A stretch of DNA of 64,000 bases from Mobula hypostoma (taxonomy: Eukaryota), in assembly GCF_963921235.1 (NCBI RefSeq), contig NC_086109.1:34040001-34104000 (forward strand), written 5' to 3'. The notes beneath the pieces are model-generated. The model did no database searches. It saw nothing but the letters and a program-made list of their open reading frames with translations, and was not told the origin of the DNA. A program made the position numbers and the translations under genes. Positions within the stretch are counted from its first letter, which is position 1. Each line of letters starts with the position of its first letter. This document shows positions 12,622 through 25,419 of this stretch, in pieces.

Positions 12622-13150
12622 ATTAGATTAGATTAAATTCAACTTTAATGTCATTGTGCCGAGTACAAATACAAAGCCAATGAAATACATTTAGCATCTG
12701 ACCAGAAATGCAAAGAATAATGTTATTTACAAAATAACTGCGAATTAAAAAAGTGCTATAGCACACAAATATAAAAGTACTGAGACAGTACAATACGGAT
12801 GCAATACTAGTTAGCGCTGTGATGAGAGGTTCAGCAGTGTCACAGCCTCAGGGAAGAAGCTGTTCCTATGCCTGCTGGTGCGGGAGCGGAGGTTCCTGTA
12901 GTGCCCGGATGGGAGGAGAGTAAAAAGTCCATGGTTAGGGTGAGATGCATCCCTGATAATGCTTTTTGCCCTGCCCATGCAGCGTTTATGGTAAATGTTC
13001 TCAATGGTGGGCAATTGGGTGCCGATAATCCCATGGGAAGTTTTCACCACACGCTGGAGTGCTTTGCGGAATGATACAGGACAATTGCCATACCACACTG
13101 AGATGTAGTTGGTGAGTATGCTCTCAATGGTACAGCAGTAAAAGTCCATC
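12622..13150 (-). mobile_element. Rex1/Babar-type LINE 3' fragment
   Basis: ORF 12811-13149 FYCCTIESILTNYISVWYGNC...LQRVVK...DASHPNHGLFTLLPSG...SFFPEAVTLLN. Short tandem-repeat tail (ATTAG)n. Confidence 0.8.
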
Positions 13151-13624
13151 AGTTATGTCTTATTGCACAGCGCTGAAAAAAACTAGTTCAGAAAACCACT
13201 GAGAGAACTTTAAAAGTTATGCCACATCCCTCATTTAAGCAGTGTCCCTGCCAAAACTTATATCGAATTATAATTCAGAAACTTGCAAAATCACTATTTA
13301 AGAAAAGAACAAAAAGTAGTATTACAGAAAAAAACTTCATGAAGCTTTAAACCTGTTTGGCTCTTTCAAAAGTAAATACTTACCCTGGGTATCTGAGACT
13401 TTTCCATTTACAGTAATGGAATTAGTGTTTCTACATCTCACCTGATAAATGCAATAGGCAGATTCCCATCAGAAGAGCAAAAACTTTGCAGTCAATTGGC
13501 AGCTTACTGAATTCCGAAAAAATCCACCAACTGAGTACAGTTGAAAAAAATATAAAGACAGCCAATTGGCAAGAAATTTTAATTTCTGCAAACGCAAAAA
13601 TCCAAAAGTTGATAATATATGGCA

Positions 13625-13920
13625 GGAAACAAGAGATTCTGATAATGGTGGAAATCCTGAGCAACCCACACAAAATATTGGAGGAACTCAGCAGGCTAGC
13701 AACATCAGTGAGGGGAAATGAACAGTTGATATTTCAGGTCGAGACCCTTCACCCAGACTCATAGCCAGGCTTGTGCAAGAAAACGGTAGTGGTGCCATGC
13801 AGAACAGCTGGATTTTGAGGACCCGTAATATAGTTTTTCCCCACAAATGCTGCCCAGACTGAAAAACATTTCTCTTTTTTTATATTTCAGGTTTTCAGCA
13901 TCTACAAGAGTTTGATATTT
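13625..13920. mobile_element. Degenerate Penelope pseudo-LTR fragments (minus then plus)
   Basis: GAGGAACTCAGCAGG...ATTTCAGGTCGAGACCCTTCACCCAGACT is a degenerate hammerhead ending at 13759. An opposite-orientation remnant lies at ~13835-13915. Confidence 0.6.
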
Positions 13921-13962
13921 GGCTCACTGTTTAAAGAGGATTTAAATGACAACATTTTAAAT

Positions 13963-15248
13963 CAGCGGTCGCCAACCACCGGGCCACAGACCAGTACCGG
14001 GCCGTGAGGAAACGATATGATTTGGCGATATGAGTCAGCTGCACCTTTCCTCATTCCCTGTCACGCACTGTTGAGCTTGAACGCACGTGAGGTCATTATC
14101 CACGCGTCATCCATGTCAGCGCAGGAAGGAGATCAACTCCTCGAGCTTGCAAATGACGGCGGGCTGAAAAGTATGTTTGACATAACATCTCTGCCGGCAT
14201 TCTGAATCAAAATCAAGGCTAAATATCCTGAGATAGCCACAAAAGCACTGAAAACGTTGCTTCCAACGTATTTCTGCGAAGCGGAGTTTTCTGCAATGAA
14301 AACTAAATTGCGGAATAGACTGGACATAAGGAACCCCCTTCGAGTATCGCTGTCTCCCATCACCCCTCAATAGGACCATCTCGTTGCAGGGAAACAAGCC
14401 CAGGGCTCCCACTGATTCAGCGATATTGGTGTGTTGCAATGATTTTATATGTTTGTACGGGGAAAATATGTGCTGTGTGTTTAATATCCAAATGTTACTT
14501 AAAATGTTATGATGCTATTGACTTACTTATATAACCATGTAACAATTACAGCACGGAAACAGGCCATCTCTGCCCTTCCAGTCCATGCCGAACGCTACTC
14601 TTACCTAGTCCCACCGACCTGCACTCAGCCCATAACCCTCCATTCCTTTCCTGTGTATATACCTATCCAATTTTTCTTTACATGATAATATCGAACCTGC
14701 CTCTACCACTTCTACTGGAAGTTCGTTCAACACTTACTTTAAGCTCCCCTGATAATTGACTTATCACTATATTCATGCGAGGAAAATATGCGTTGTGTGT
14801 TTAATATTAAATTCGTTAGATAAACCCTTTTAGAAACGAAACTGAGTGTATTAGCCACTTATCAGCTATATTGCGGTCTTAACACCCCCCACCCCCCGAA
14901 CAGAATCGCAAAACGATTTGCAGGGAAAAAAATAATCGGGAGGCACATGCATGTGTATTGGTGCCCGCGCATGGCTTCATGATCATTGTAGTCTTTCAGT
15001 GGGTAAATACAACGTAATTGACTGGTAAACAACAGGAATTCTGCAGAAATTCAAGCAACACACATCAAAGTTGCTGGTGAACAGAGCAGGCCAGGCAGCA
15101 CCTCTTCCTAGAGATGCTGCCTGGCCTGCTGCGTTCACCAGCAACTTTGATGTGTGGTATTTGACCGGTACTCTTGTCCGTTGGCAACCCTCCCCCCCCA
15201 CCACCCGGGTCGACCGGTCCGCAGTGCAAAAAAGGTTGGGGACCCCTC
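13963..15248 (+). mobile_element. Non-autonomous hAT/Charlie element, copy 1 (composite)
   Basis: TIRs CAGCGGTCGCCAACC and GGTTGGGGACCCCTC. 8-bp TSD TTTTAAAT (13955-13962 and 15249-15256). Carries a hAT transposase C-terminal fragment (QLLELANDGGLKSMFDITSLPAF). Confidence 0.9.
15028..15156. mobile_element. Fold-back Penelope-derived short insertion nested in the hAT element
   Basis: Inverted arms of ~42 bp. 14-bp TSD GTAATTGACTGGTA / GTATTTGACCGGTA (15014-15027 and 15157-15170, 12/14 identical). Confidence 0.8.
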
Positions 15249-15259
15249 TTTTAAATAGA

Positions 15260-15810
15260 CCAAAAACACCGGAGGCTAGAAATTAAAAATTTAAAAAAAT
15301 ACTGGAAGCACTCAGCATCAATGGGGATAAATAAGTCAGTGCTCAGCTCAAGGATTCTTGATCAGAACTGGAAAAGTGCGAAAGCAAGTGTGCCTTAAGT
15401 TGCAAGGGTGGGGGTGGGTGGATAGAACAGAAGGGAAGTCTTATAGAAGTAGAACAATTTCTAAACCAGTAGATAGAAAAGAGAAAACACGAGCTTTAAA
15501 AAGTTTCAGTCATATCAGCTGAGCAAGGGAGTGAGTACAGGTATCTGAATTTGTTAAGTTCCAGATGAGTGACCTAAAGACCTGCAGTATGCGGTATTCT
15601 CACACAGATTATGAGGTGCTGTCCTTTCATTTATATTGGACATCTTTAACAGCCACATAGAAGGCCAAAAACATATCAAAGTGGAACAGAGAAAATAAAA
15701 TAAAATGGAATTGGTAACTCAAGCATTGCCTTCATGGACCGGATGAACATAGTCTGCAGTCGCTCTGTTTTGTGCTGTTTTCTCCCCCAGTCTAAATCAC
15801 ATTGCACACA
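15260..15810 (-). mobile_element. Old Penelope-like fragment
   Basis: Same module order as 20855-21530 (pseudo-LTR, purine-rich linker, GATTATGAGGTGCTGTCC from the EQHLI region). Very degenerate. Confidence 0.5.
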
Positions 15811-16849
15811 TCAAATTGACAAATGAGAGGTGATCTTATTGGACATTGGATTCTAATCAGAATTGAATGAATGCTGAAATAATATCACCCCTTGTAGGGA
15901 CTACTGATCTGGTTGATTTCAGAATAAGCTATTACCCATTTAAAATCAAGATGAGAAATGATTACTTCTTAGAGGTATGAGAACTGAGGCTCATTGAATG
16001 TATTAAAGGTAGAGACGGACAGATATTTATGCCAAAAGAGATTAAAGGGGTAAGAGGAAAGATCTAATCAGCCACGATCTTAGTGAAGGACAGAATGAAC
16101 TTGTGGTACTTTTTGGTCGAATCCTTCTGATCATGTTCTTTATAAAAATATACAACAAACCTAATTAGGGATGCACAAGATGGGTTGGCAAACAAATTTA
16201 TACTTAGCTTCACTTAAAAGTTCATGTTCAAAATGCTACTTAAATATACACTGGGAAACAGAAGTCGGTGGAAGCACATCTTTGAAGGTGGCAGGTTAAG
16301 ACAAGGTGACAATTAAGAAAAGCATGTGATTATTTACTTTATTACCAGCAGCAGAGCATGGAATCTAATAAAGCATGTAACCTTAGTTAAACATTGGTTG
16401 GGCATCAGATGGAAAACCCAAGTACCACAAAGTGCTTATCAACAAGGATTTCAGTTGCATGGAGAAACTTGATTGGGTTTGAACTCTTGAGCAGAGGAAT
16501 TCCAGTAGAGACATTCAAAATTGGCAATGATTTTAAAGAGAACAAAAGGAGAAATGGTTTACAATGGTTAAACCTAAATGATATAATCAATGAGGAAAAA
16601 GTCAATTAAAAAGATTGCTGTGATCACAAATGGATTAACTGAAAACCCAATAAAAGCAGATTTAATCATGTTCAAACAAACTTATACACTTGAAGGGACA
16701 AGTATAGGAAGAGATAATGGAATTAACAGAACAACTGTATCAAATAGATTTAAGCATGACAGGCTAAATGGCCTCCGCCTGTCAGGAAAGTTAACAAATT
16801 GCAGGAAATAATTTTTTCATGGCCATTGACTTTGTAAAATTGGTGCTGA

Positions 16850-19107
16850 TTCCCAATTTATTACCAAGGGATGAAACTATCTAGCAATATCATGTTAAAT
16901 GAGCATGGTAAATGTAACAATATTGTAATTGTTTGAGGTATGACACATTAAACATTGTCAAGTATGGGAACTTGCAGAGAATATACAAAGATATGGACCA
17001 ATATTTTATGCTTTATGAATAAGCATCTGAAGTTTCATTTACATAAAATCTCAAGGATATCACATCACCAGTGTAAATCATATAATATAAAGCAATAATG
17101 CACTTTGTAATTTGACAAAAAAAAATCCAGTCAACGATTGCCTTCTGAAATACTGGTGTGTTTTTATTCGTTGGCACAGGTTTATTACAATCTTCAATCT
17201 CTTGCCTCACATATGCATCACACTCAAGTCAGGTAAAACAACAAGACATTTGCAGTGACACACTCTCCAGGTGAAGTATAAAGGTTGCATTAAAATGTGA
17301 AGGACAGGATAACATGCTGTGTACTTCTTTTTACCAATATGGGCTATTGTAAAAGCCAGCACTTATCCTTTCCATCTACGGCTTTACACAGGAAAGCACC
17401 AAAATTGACACCTATGTACAGTGCATTAATTGCAGGTAAAAGCTGAAAACATTAAGTGGTCATAATCAACTGATTTCATTGGTTTCTTCACCTTTTTATT
17501 TTACATATTAACAAGATTTTCATATTTGCTCTTCAGAAGTACAATTCACTACTCAATTTTACTTTGTAACTTAATTTCTCACATTTTCAGGTCGTACTTA
17601 AGCACAGTAAAACAGTTGACGACAGCTGTCACTTTTAAATAACACTAGAGAATAGAGGGCAATGTTTCTGAGAAAACTCATTTTTTTGCTACTCCAGTTT
17701 GTTTAACTCCTCACCTTTGAATGAGGATTAGGTGTTTTTTTTGTCACCCTGTGTAAAACATTTTCTAACCTTCAAACCTTTGTTCAACATCTTAAGGAAA
17801 TCAATTGGGACAGTATGCAAAGTGAAAGCATATTTACACTGCTCTTTAACTGGGTCAAATGAAAAGATGCACCTAACTTTTCACAAATAAGTTTTTTGTT
17901 AAAGACAGCAGCCTTTCCAAAATTAACAAATGTTTTTTTTTCTCCAGCAATGCACCTTGCTAGTGCCACCACACCATGCAAGTTTGAGGATATTTAATGA
18001 TAATCTTTGGGAGATTCTAGGTTTCTATATTCATGACTTAAAACATAAAATTTAAAATAAATCACTTAGATGTGTCGACATGTTTCAAAGTGACCAATAT
18101 TAGCACTCATTTCAAAAGAAACAGTGCTATATTTCTCAGTTTAAAAAAAAACCAAGACCGCTTATCTTTATAAAAAGGGAAATATACTGTACAGGGTATT
18201 TTTGTTCTACATTTGTCAAGTCTAGAGTTGGAATTTAAAAACAAAGTTAATCAGCTTAAGTGCTTAAGCAGTATACAATGTTCTTTTTAAATTGCAAGAA
18301 TAACAAAAACAATCAAAATTTTAAACACCAAATTCTCAAGTCTTTTAAGACATTGATTTACCTGCAAAAAAAAGAGCATCCTTTTACTCCAGTGTAGAAC
18401 GATAGGGAGAACAGCACGGAACAGGAGAAAAAAGTTGAGATACAAATGTATTCTGCAAAATTGAATATAACCCAAAGCTCCACAGATGACAAGACCCAAT
18501 ATGCATGGCTTGAATTAGTCTTACACGAGTAAAAATGTTTTAAAGGCCTTATTCAACAGTTTGTGTACAAGTTAACAAAAGTGTTATAATGAAATGTGTC
18601 TTGAATGTTATTCCACAAAATAATACAAGTCTGTGATCAACCATTTCTTTGCTTCCATTTGTTTTTCGTAAACAGCAGCGGTGTATGTGATAAGCCAGCA
18701 AAAATTTACAAAAGCTGTATATAAAAAGTTGCAGAGAACTAAAACTGGCATCCAAATATCCCTAAATTGAAATCCAAGCCACCTTACAATGAGGAATTCC
18801 AAAGGGAAATACCAGGGAGACAATTGGATGCAACACCAGTACCTTAATTTCACAATTCTATCAAAAATATACAATATCTAACAAAAAACCTTACTAGTTA
18901 TGGCTTTCATCTTCAGCACTATATTATACATCACAATATAAAGTATCGTTATCAACATTGCGCAGGTCTCCATGCAAAATTTATTTATACATATACAATG
19001 TATAGTAGCAATCAAACTAGATCAAACATTCTTTCACTGAACACTTTTCAAGTCCATGCCTTTGGGACTTGATGTCCTTGAGTCAATTACTGTGGAGCTC
19101 CTCTCAG
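16850..19107 (-). promoter_or_regulatory. Putative NUDT3 3' UTR with candidate polyadenylation signals
   Basis: AT-rich with no recognisable repeat, directly downstream of the stop. Minus-strand AATAAA at 18980-18985, 17495-17500, 17163-17168 and 16857-16862. The true 3' end is unknown. Confidence 0.6.
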
Positions 19108-19307
19108 TCATCTAATACTGGATACTGAACTTTGATTGGCAACAGCATATGTTGAGGCCTTCTCTTCAGATAATGTTGCAACAACAGGAGTTCCATTATT
19201 TGCCAAATAGCCTTGTTTGAAGGTTTCAAAGTATGAGGCCTGTACAGGTTTATGACACTGAAGAACTTTAATGGCATCATCTATTTTAAACCATTCCCTT
19301 TTCCGCC
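19108..19307 (-). CDS. NUDT3: NUDT3 last coding exon (exon 5), 200 bp including the TGA stop
   Basis: Phase 1 acceptor ccttttatttag. Translates (G)RKREWFKIDDAIKVLQCHKPVQASYFETFKQGYLANNGTPVVATLSEEKASTYAVANQSSVSSIR*. The NNGTPVVAT...SIR tail is NUDT3-like. Confidence 0.95.
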
Positions 19308-19954
19308 CTAAATAAAAGGAAACAGATTAAGCATAATTAAGAATTTATATTGCAAGGATAGTAGAGGAATAAGACAAGTTTTTTTAAAGCTGCAATTTAT
19401 GAAAGGATTCCATACAGTGTTCAACTTGGATATAAAAGTTTAACAGCTTTATAGTTCAGCTGCTCCACATGGACACATTTGTGGTCATGGACATATAATA
19501 ATTCTTGCTAAATAAGTAAAAGAGCCAAATACTTAAAGGCTTGCCAAAGCAGAAAAAAGAAACTTCATCTAACAGTACTGCACTTCAGAATTTGGGGACA
19601 CCGGGCTCTGCTTGTAGACTATAATAGAAAAAAAAATATTCAGATCGAATGACATTACTGTCTGGCAGAGGAGGACACAGTCAAGGAAGAACAGACACTC
19701 ATAAACTGACATCAGCATAGTAACTAAAACTTTCCCACAAGAACCCTAACAGAAATGTGGCTGAGAGACGGGTAGTACTGGCTTAGGATATAGATGCTAC
19801 AGGTGTGACAGAGGTATAGAGAAATAAGGAGGGCGTGTTGCCTTTTTGATAAGGGAGGATGCAAGAGCAGTGCTTACAGACACCATCCTTGGAGGGTCAT
19901 TCTGTGAGGTCATACAGGTAGAACTTAGAAACAAAAAAGGAGGAGCATCTGGTG

Positions 19955-20167
19955 GATAGATAGATAGATAGACGGACATACTTTATTGATCCCGAGGGAA
20001 ATTGGATTTTGTTACAGTTGCACCAACCAAGAATAGAGTATAAATATAGCAATACAAAACCATAAATAATTAAATAATAAAATGTAAATTACACCAGATG
20101 GAAATAAGTCCAGGACCAGCCTATTGGCTCAGAGTGTCTGACCCTCCAAGGGAGGAGTTGTAAAGTT
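19955..20167 (-). mobile_element. Rex1/Babar LINE extreme 3' end with (GATA)n tail, inside a CR1 remnant
   Basis: 20100-20167 is the reverse complement of ~30928-30995 (ACTTTACAACTCCTCCCTTGGAGGGTCAGACA...GGACTTATTTC). Confidence 0.75.
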
Positions 20168-20854
20168 CGAACGATCTACATAATAGTCCCATCTCAATAG
20201 TCAGCAGGTACCTGAGGAACAGGTGTGTAGAAAAATATGCTCATAACTGTAAGAATACTCAGCAGTGATTGGGTCATCCAGAGTGTTAAGGAACTGGACT
20301 GGGTGAAATTTGTGAAATATACTCAGGAAGGATCCTGAGTCTATCTATGGAGGGAATGACTCAGGAAGATGCAATACTGGCCCTCCTCTTGTGAAGCAGC
20401 CATTTTGCGAGGAGCTGGCAACAACATTAGGATCAGGTTTTTCTAGTACTTCCAAGCTAGTGGAACTTTTCCCCTCAAAGCTTTTAGGAGACGCAAAGTT
20501 CAAAGTAAATTTATTATCAAGGTATATGTTACCATATACTATGTTCATATTCATTTTGTTGCAGGCCTCCACAAGAAAAAAATAGAATTTCCAGAAAACT
20601 ATACGTAAAGGCTGACAAACAATTTCTGTACAAAACAAACTGTATAAATAAAACGTAATACTGAGAACATGAGTGGTAAAGAGTCCTTGAAATCCGGAGT
20701 AAGTAGGTTGGAGAATCAGTTCAGAATAGTGGTGAGTGAAGTTAACCGCGATGGTTCAGGAACCTGATGGTTGTAGGGTAGGACTTCAAAGGCAGGAGTC
20801 TCAGGATTGCTATCCGTGCTACATGCTGTTCAGAGCAGGATTAGCAGAATATGT

Positions 20855-22500
20855 AAAGACAAGTGGTTCTACAGATGCTGGAAATCCACAACAACACATT
20901 AAATGCTGAAGGAACTCAGCAAAATTATACATGTCTATGGAAGGGAACAGTCAATGTTTAAGGACAAGACCCTTCATCAGGACTGGAAAGCAAGTGGGAA
21001 GAAGCCAGAATAAATTAGGGAGAGGTGAAGGAGTACAAACTGGCAGGTGTTCTGTGAAGCCAGGTGAAGTGGTAGGGTGGTGGGCTGGATTGAGAAGCAG
21101 GGAAGTGATAGGTGGAAAAGGTTAAAAATTGAAGGACAATGACTCATGGGAGAAAGGGAAGGAGGGAGATAATAGGCAGCTAAAGTAAGGGGTAAGAGGG
21201 GAGGCAGAACAGGGAATGCAAAAGGAGAAGCAAGATGGGGAAGAAACTACCAGAAGCTGTAGAAATCGATGTCCATGCCATCGGGTGGAGGCTATCCAGA
21301 CAGAATATGAAGGTGTTGCTTCTCTCACTAGAGAGTGGCTTCATCATGGTAGCAGAGATGGCCATAGACCAACATGTTGGAATGAGAATAGAGAGTGCAA
21401 TTAAAATGGTTGCGGATAGAACGAAAATGCTCGACAAAGCAGTTCCCAAATCTATATCTGGTCTCACTGATGCAGAGGAGACCACACTAGGAGCTCCAAA
21501 TGCAGTAGATGACCATAACAGACTCTGAGGTCAAGTGTTGCTTCATGTGGAAGGATTCTTTGGGAACCTCAATGACGGTGAGGGTAGAGGTGACTGGGCA
21601 CGTGTAGAACTTGTGCCGCTTGCAGGAATAAGTTCCAGGAGGGAGATCAGTGGGGAGAGACAGATGGACAGGGAATCACGTAGAGAGTTAACCCTTTGGA
21701 CAGCAGAGTGGAGGGGCAGGTAAAGATATGCTTAATGGTAGGATCCCGTTGATAATGGCAGACGTTGTATCAAGCACATCATCCTCTACAAAGGCCATGG
21801 GTGGTAAGTAGAGACAAAGGGAACTCTATCCCTGTTATGTTAACAGGAAGCTGTAGTAGGGACAGATGCTTGGTGCAGGTGAGTGCAGCATCAATGGTAG
21901 AGGAAGGGAAACACCGTTCTTTAAAGGAGGAGAACAACTGGCCTCATTCTGAGATCTGATATGGTCGAGACAGAAGAAATGATAAAACGGAATACCATTT
22001 TTACAAGTGAGAGTGTGAGAAGAGGTATAGTCAAAATAGCTGAGAGAGCCAGTAGGTAAATTAAAGATATCAGAAGACAAATGGTCTCCAGAGATGGATC
22101 AAGTAAATTTGATGGTAGGGTGGAAGTTGGAGGCAAGTTGATGAAATTGACAAGCTCAACATGGGTGCAGAAAGCATTAGCAATACAGTTGTTAATGTAG
22201 TGCAGAGAGAGTTGGGGTATGTTAGCAAAGTAGGCTTGGAACATAGACTGTTCAAAGTAGCTGCTGAAAAGGTAGGTTTAGCTGGAGCCCATGGCAACAC
22301 CTTGGGTTTGGAGAAAATGTGAGGAGCTGTAAGGGAAATTGTTGAGTGCAAGGACCTATTCCGCCAGATGGAGGGTGGTGGTGGAGAGGAACTGGTTAGG
22401 TCTGTTGTTTAGAAAGAACCAGAAAACTTTAAGGCTTTCATGATGGGGAATAGAAGTATATAGGGTCTGGACATCCATAGTGAAAATGAGGCAATCATTT
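20855..22500 (-). mobile_element. Penelope-like retroelement (RT plus GIY-YIG pseudogene and 3' pseudo-LTR) in NUDT3 intron 4
   Basis: Frameshifted RT fragments LIFTMDVQTLYTSIPH, QTQGVAMG, LHYINNC (decayed RYIDD) and SYFDYTSSH...KNGIPF. GIY-YIG region 21180-21560. Degenerate hammerhead at 20949-20984. Confidence 0.85.
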
Positions 22501-22509
22501 AGTATCATG

Positions 22510-25070
22510 TAAGAGGGATATGCGGCTTGAGCACTGGTGCAGGAGGGAGGGTTTCGCATTCCTGCCTGATGGATTGGAACCAGTTCTGGGCGCGATGGAA
22601 CCAGTATAAACCTGATGGTCGACACCAGGGCAGGATTGGGATCAATGTCTATTGCTTGTTCTGTTGGGGAGGTTTAAATTAATATAGCAGGGGAATGGGT
22701 ATCTGTGCGGAAAGACAGAAAAGCAATGCAGAATCACAGCAAAAGTTAGAAAAGAGAAAAGTAAAAGTCGGGTATCGAAAAGTCAATTGTAAAAGACAAA
22801 CTACTAGATTCTAAAAGCACAATGACTGTAAGGCACCTTGTTTTAAGACCTGTAGTATTCGAAACAAGGACAGTGAATTTGTGGCACAAATCCATACAAT
22901 GGTTACATTACAGAAACATGGTTGCAGGGTGCAGATAATTGTGCATTAAATATTGGGAAGTGGAGTATCAGATAATATGGAAGGACAGGCAGGAATGCAA
23001 GATAGGTGGGGTAGAGCTCTTAATTAAGGATGAGATCAAGATGATCGATCTAAGAAACAGACTGGTGAATCCACCTGGATTGAGGAGAAAAACATCACTG
23101 GTGGGAATTGTCCATAGGCTGCCTATCAACAATTTTAGTGGCATTAATCCAAGAAGTATCTGATGCATGTAAAACTGGAACTCAGTTGTCATGAAGGATT
23201 TCAACATGCACATAAACTGGGCGAATCAAGTTGGTCAAGACAGGCTTGAGGAGTACTTCATAAAAAGCAAGTTGAAGCTTTTTTGCACAGCATATTAAAG
23301 AACCTTCTAGAGAACATGCTACCTTGTATCTATCCTGTGCAATGAAATAGGTAAACTTAATCTTATCGTTGGGGCTCCTCTTGGAAAGAATGATCACAGC
23401 ATGACTGAATTTCTCATGGAGGATACTAGAGTTGATCTAAAACCAGTATAATACACCTAAACAAGAGGGACAGTAAAAGAATCAGGGAGGAGTTGACTGG
23501 GAAAACAGGTGGTACAGCAGGACAGTTGAGGAACAGTGGAAAGTTTAGATCTTTCACAGAGGTAATCAAAATGGTAAATGAAGGTAGGACAGTGGTTGTT
23601 TTCTATTTGGGCTTCACAAGGCCTTCAAGATCCCACATAGTTTGGAAGATTATGGTGGGATATTATGTCGCAATTGTACAAGTTATTGGCGAGACTATAT
23701 TGCTGTACGGTGTACAATTTTGGTCAGGGAACGTGTTTAAACGAGGAAGAATGCAGTAAAGATTTACAAGAATGTTGCTAGCACTAAAGGGCCTCAGTTA
23801 CAGGGAGTGTTGGCCAGGCTAGATTGTTATTCTCTAGAATGTAGATAAGGGGGAGACCTGGTAGAATCTTAAGCTTGCAACATGATCTGGACCAGCTAGA
23901 AAAATGGGCTGAAAAATGGCAGTTGGAATTTAATGCAGCCAAGTGAGAGATGTTGCACTTTACGAGGACAAACCAGGGTAGGACTTACACAGTGAACAGT
24001 AGGACACTGAAGAGTGCAGCAGAACAAAGAGATCTGGGAATACAGGTCCATACACAATTCCTTGAAAGTAGCGTTATAGGTAGATAGGGTTGTAAACTTT
24101 TGGTACATTGGCCTTAGTATAGATTACAGGAATTGGGACGTCATGTTGAAGTTGCAGAAGACATTGGTGAAGACAAATTTGGAGTATTGTATGCAATTCT
24201 AGTCACATACTTACAAGAAAGATATCAATGAGAGAGTACAGAGATTTACAAGGTTGATGCCAGGACTTGAGGACCTGAGTTATAGGGAAAGGTTGAACAG
24301 GTTAAGATTTTATTCCCTGGAGCGTAGGAGAATGAGGCGAGATTTGATAGAGGTATCCAAGATTATGAGGGGTATAGATAGGGTTAATGCAATCAGACCT
24401 TTTCCTCTGAGGTTGCGTGACACCAGAACCAGAGGTAATATGTTAAAGGTGAAAGTGAAATATTTAAGGGGAACCTGAAGGGCATTTTCTTCACTCAAGG
24501 AGGGTGCTGAGAGTGTGGAGCAATCTGCTAGAGGAAGTAGTGGATGTGGGTTCAATTTCAACATTTAAGAGAAGTTTGGATAAATACATGGACAGGAGGG
24601 GTATGGTAGGCTATGTTCCAAGTGCAGGTTAATGGGACAAGGCAAAACAACTCAGCACAGACTAGATGGGTTGAATGGTCTATTTCTGTGCCATAGCGCT
24701 CTATGATTCAGTGTTAAAGTTATGAGAAGCATAGGCAAGGTGGACAGTAACACCTTGCGGTCCACCAGGTAGGGGTCTTAAACTGGAGTGTGTAGATTTA
24801 GGGTCAGAATGGAAAGATTTCAAATGGACCTGAGGAGCAATTTTTCATGCAGAGGGTGGTGACTATATGGCATGAGCTGCAGAGGAAGTGGTTCTGTCAG
24901 GAACAAAAGCATCATTTAATCAGCACTTGGATATGTACATGGTGGTGAGGGGCCTGGAGGGATAATGGGGCGAATGCAGGAAATTGGGACTAGCTACGTG
25001 GACAAAGTGATTGGCATGGACTCTGGCCAAAGAGCTTGTATCCATGTTGCATTTCTCTGTGACTCTAATA
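22510..25070 (+). mobile_element. Cluster of degenerate CR1 LINE fragments
   Basis: ORF1-end and endonuclease remnants (22939-23163). RT/3' region 23870-24710 (MMPGLEDLSYRERLNRLRFYSLERRRMRRDLIEVSKIMRGIDRV). Two CR1-type 3' ends. Confidence 0.75.
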
Positions 25071-25419
25071 TTTCCTCCTGATGCTGAAAATATTCAACCA
25101 ACCTGAGGCTAACTGGGTCAAACTGCATGCAAAAAAAAAGGACAAAACTACTCATTTACAACCCTTTTTTTCCCCTAGCCTCTCACCTTAATTGAATGCT
25201 GTGGAAATAATTTTAAAACCACAGGCAAGTTAAGTGTCACAGAGCTCTCAGGTCATAATGCAAGATCAATTCTTATGTATACAGTATACAAGTATATAGA
25301 TTCTATATATTTATATATCATATAATTTATATAAAATATAAATGAACCATAACATTATCAAAGCCTATAAAATCTCTACTTAAAATAAAGACGGTATAGA
25401 GTTGATAGTTTTGTCTTAC

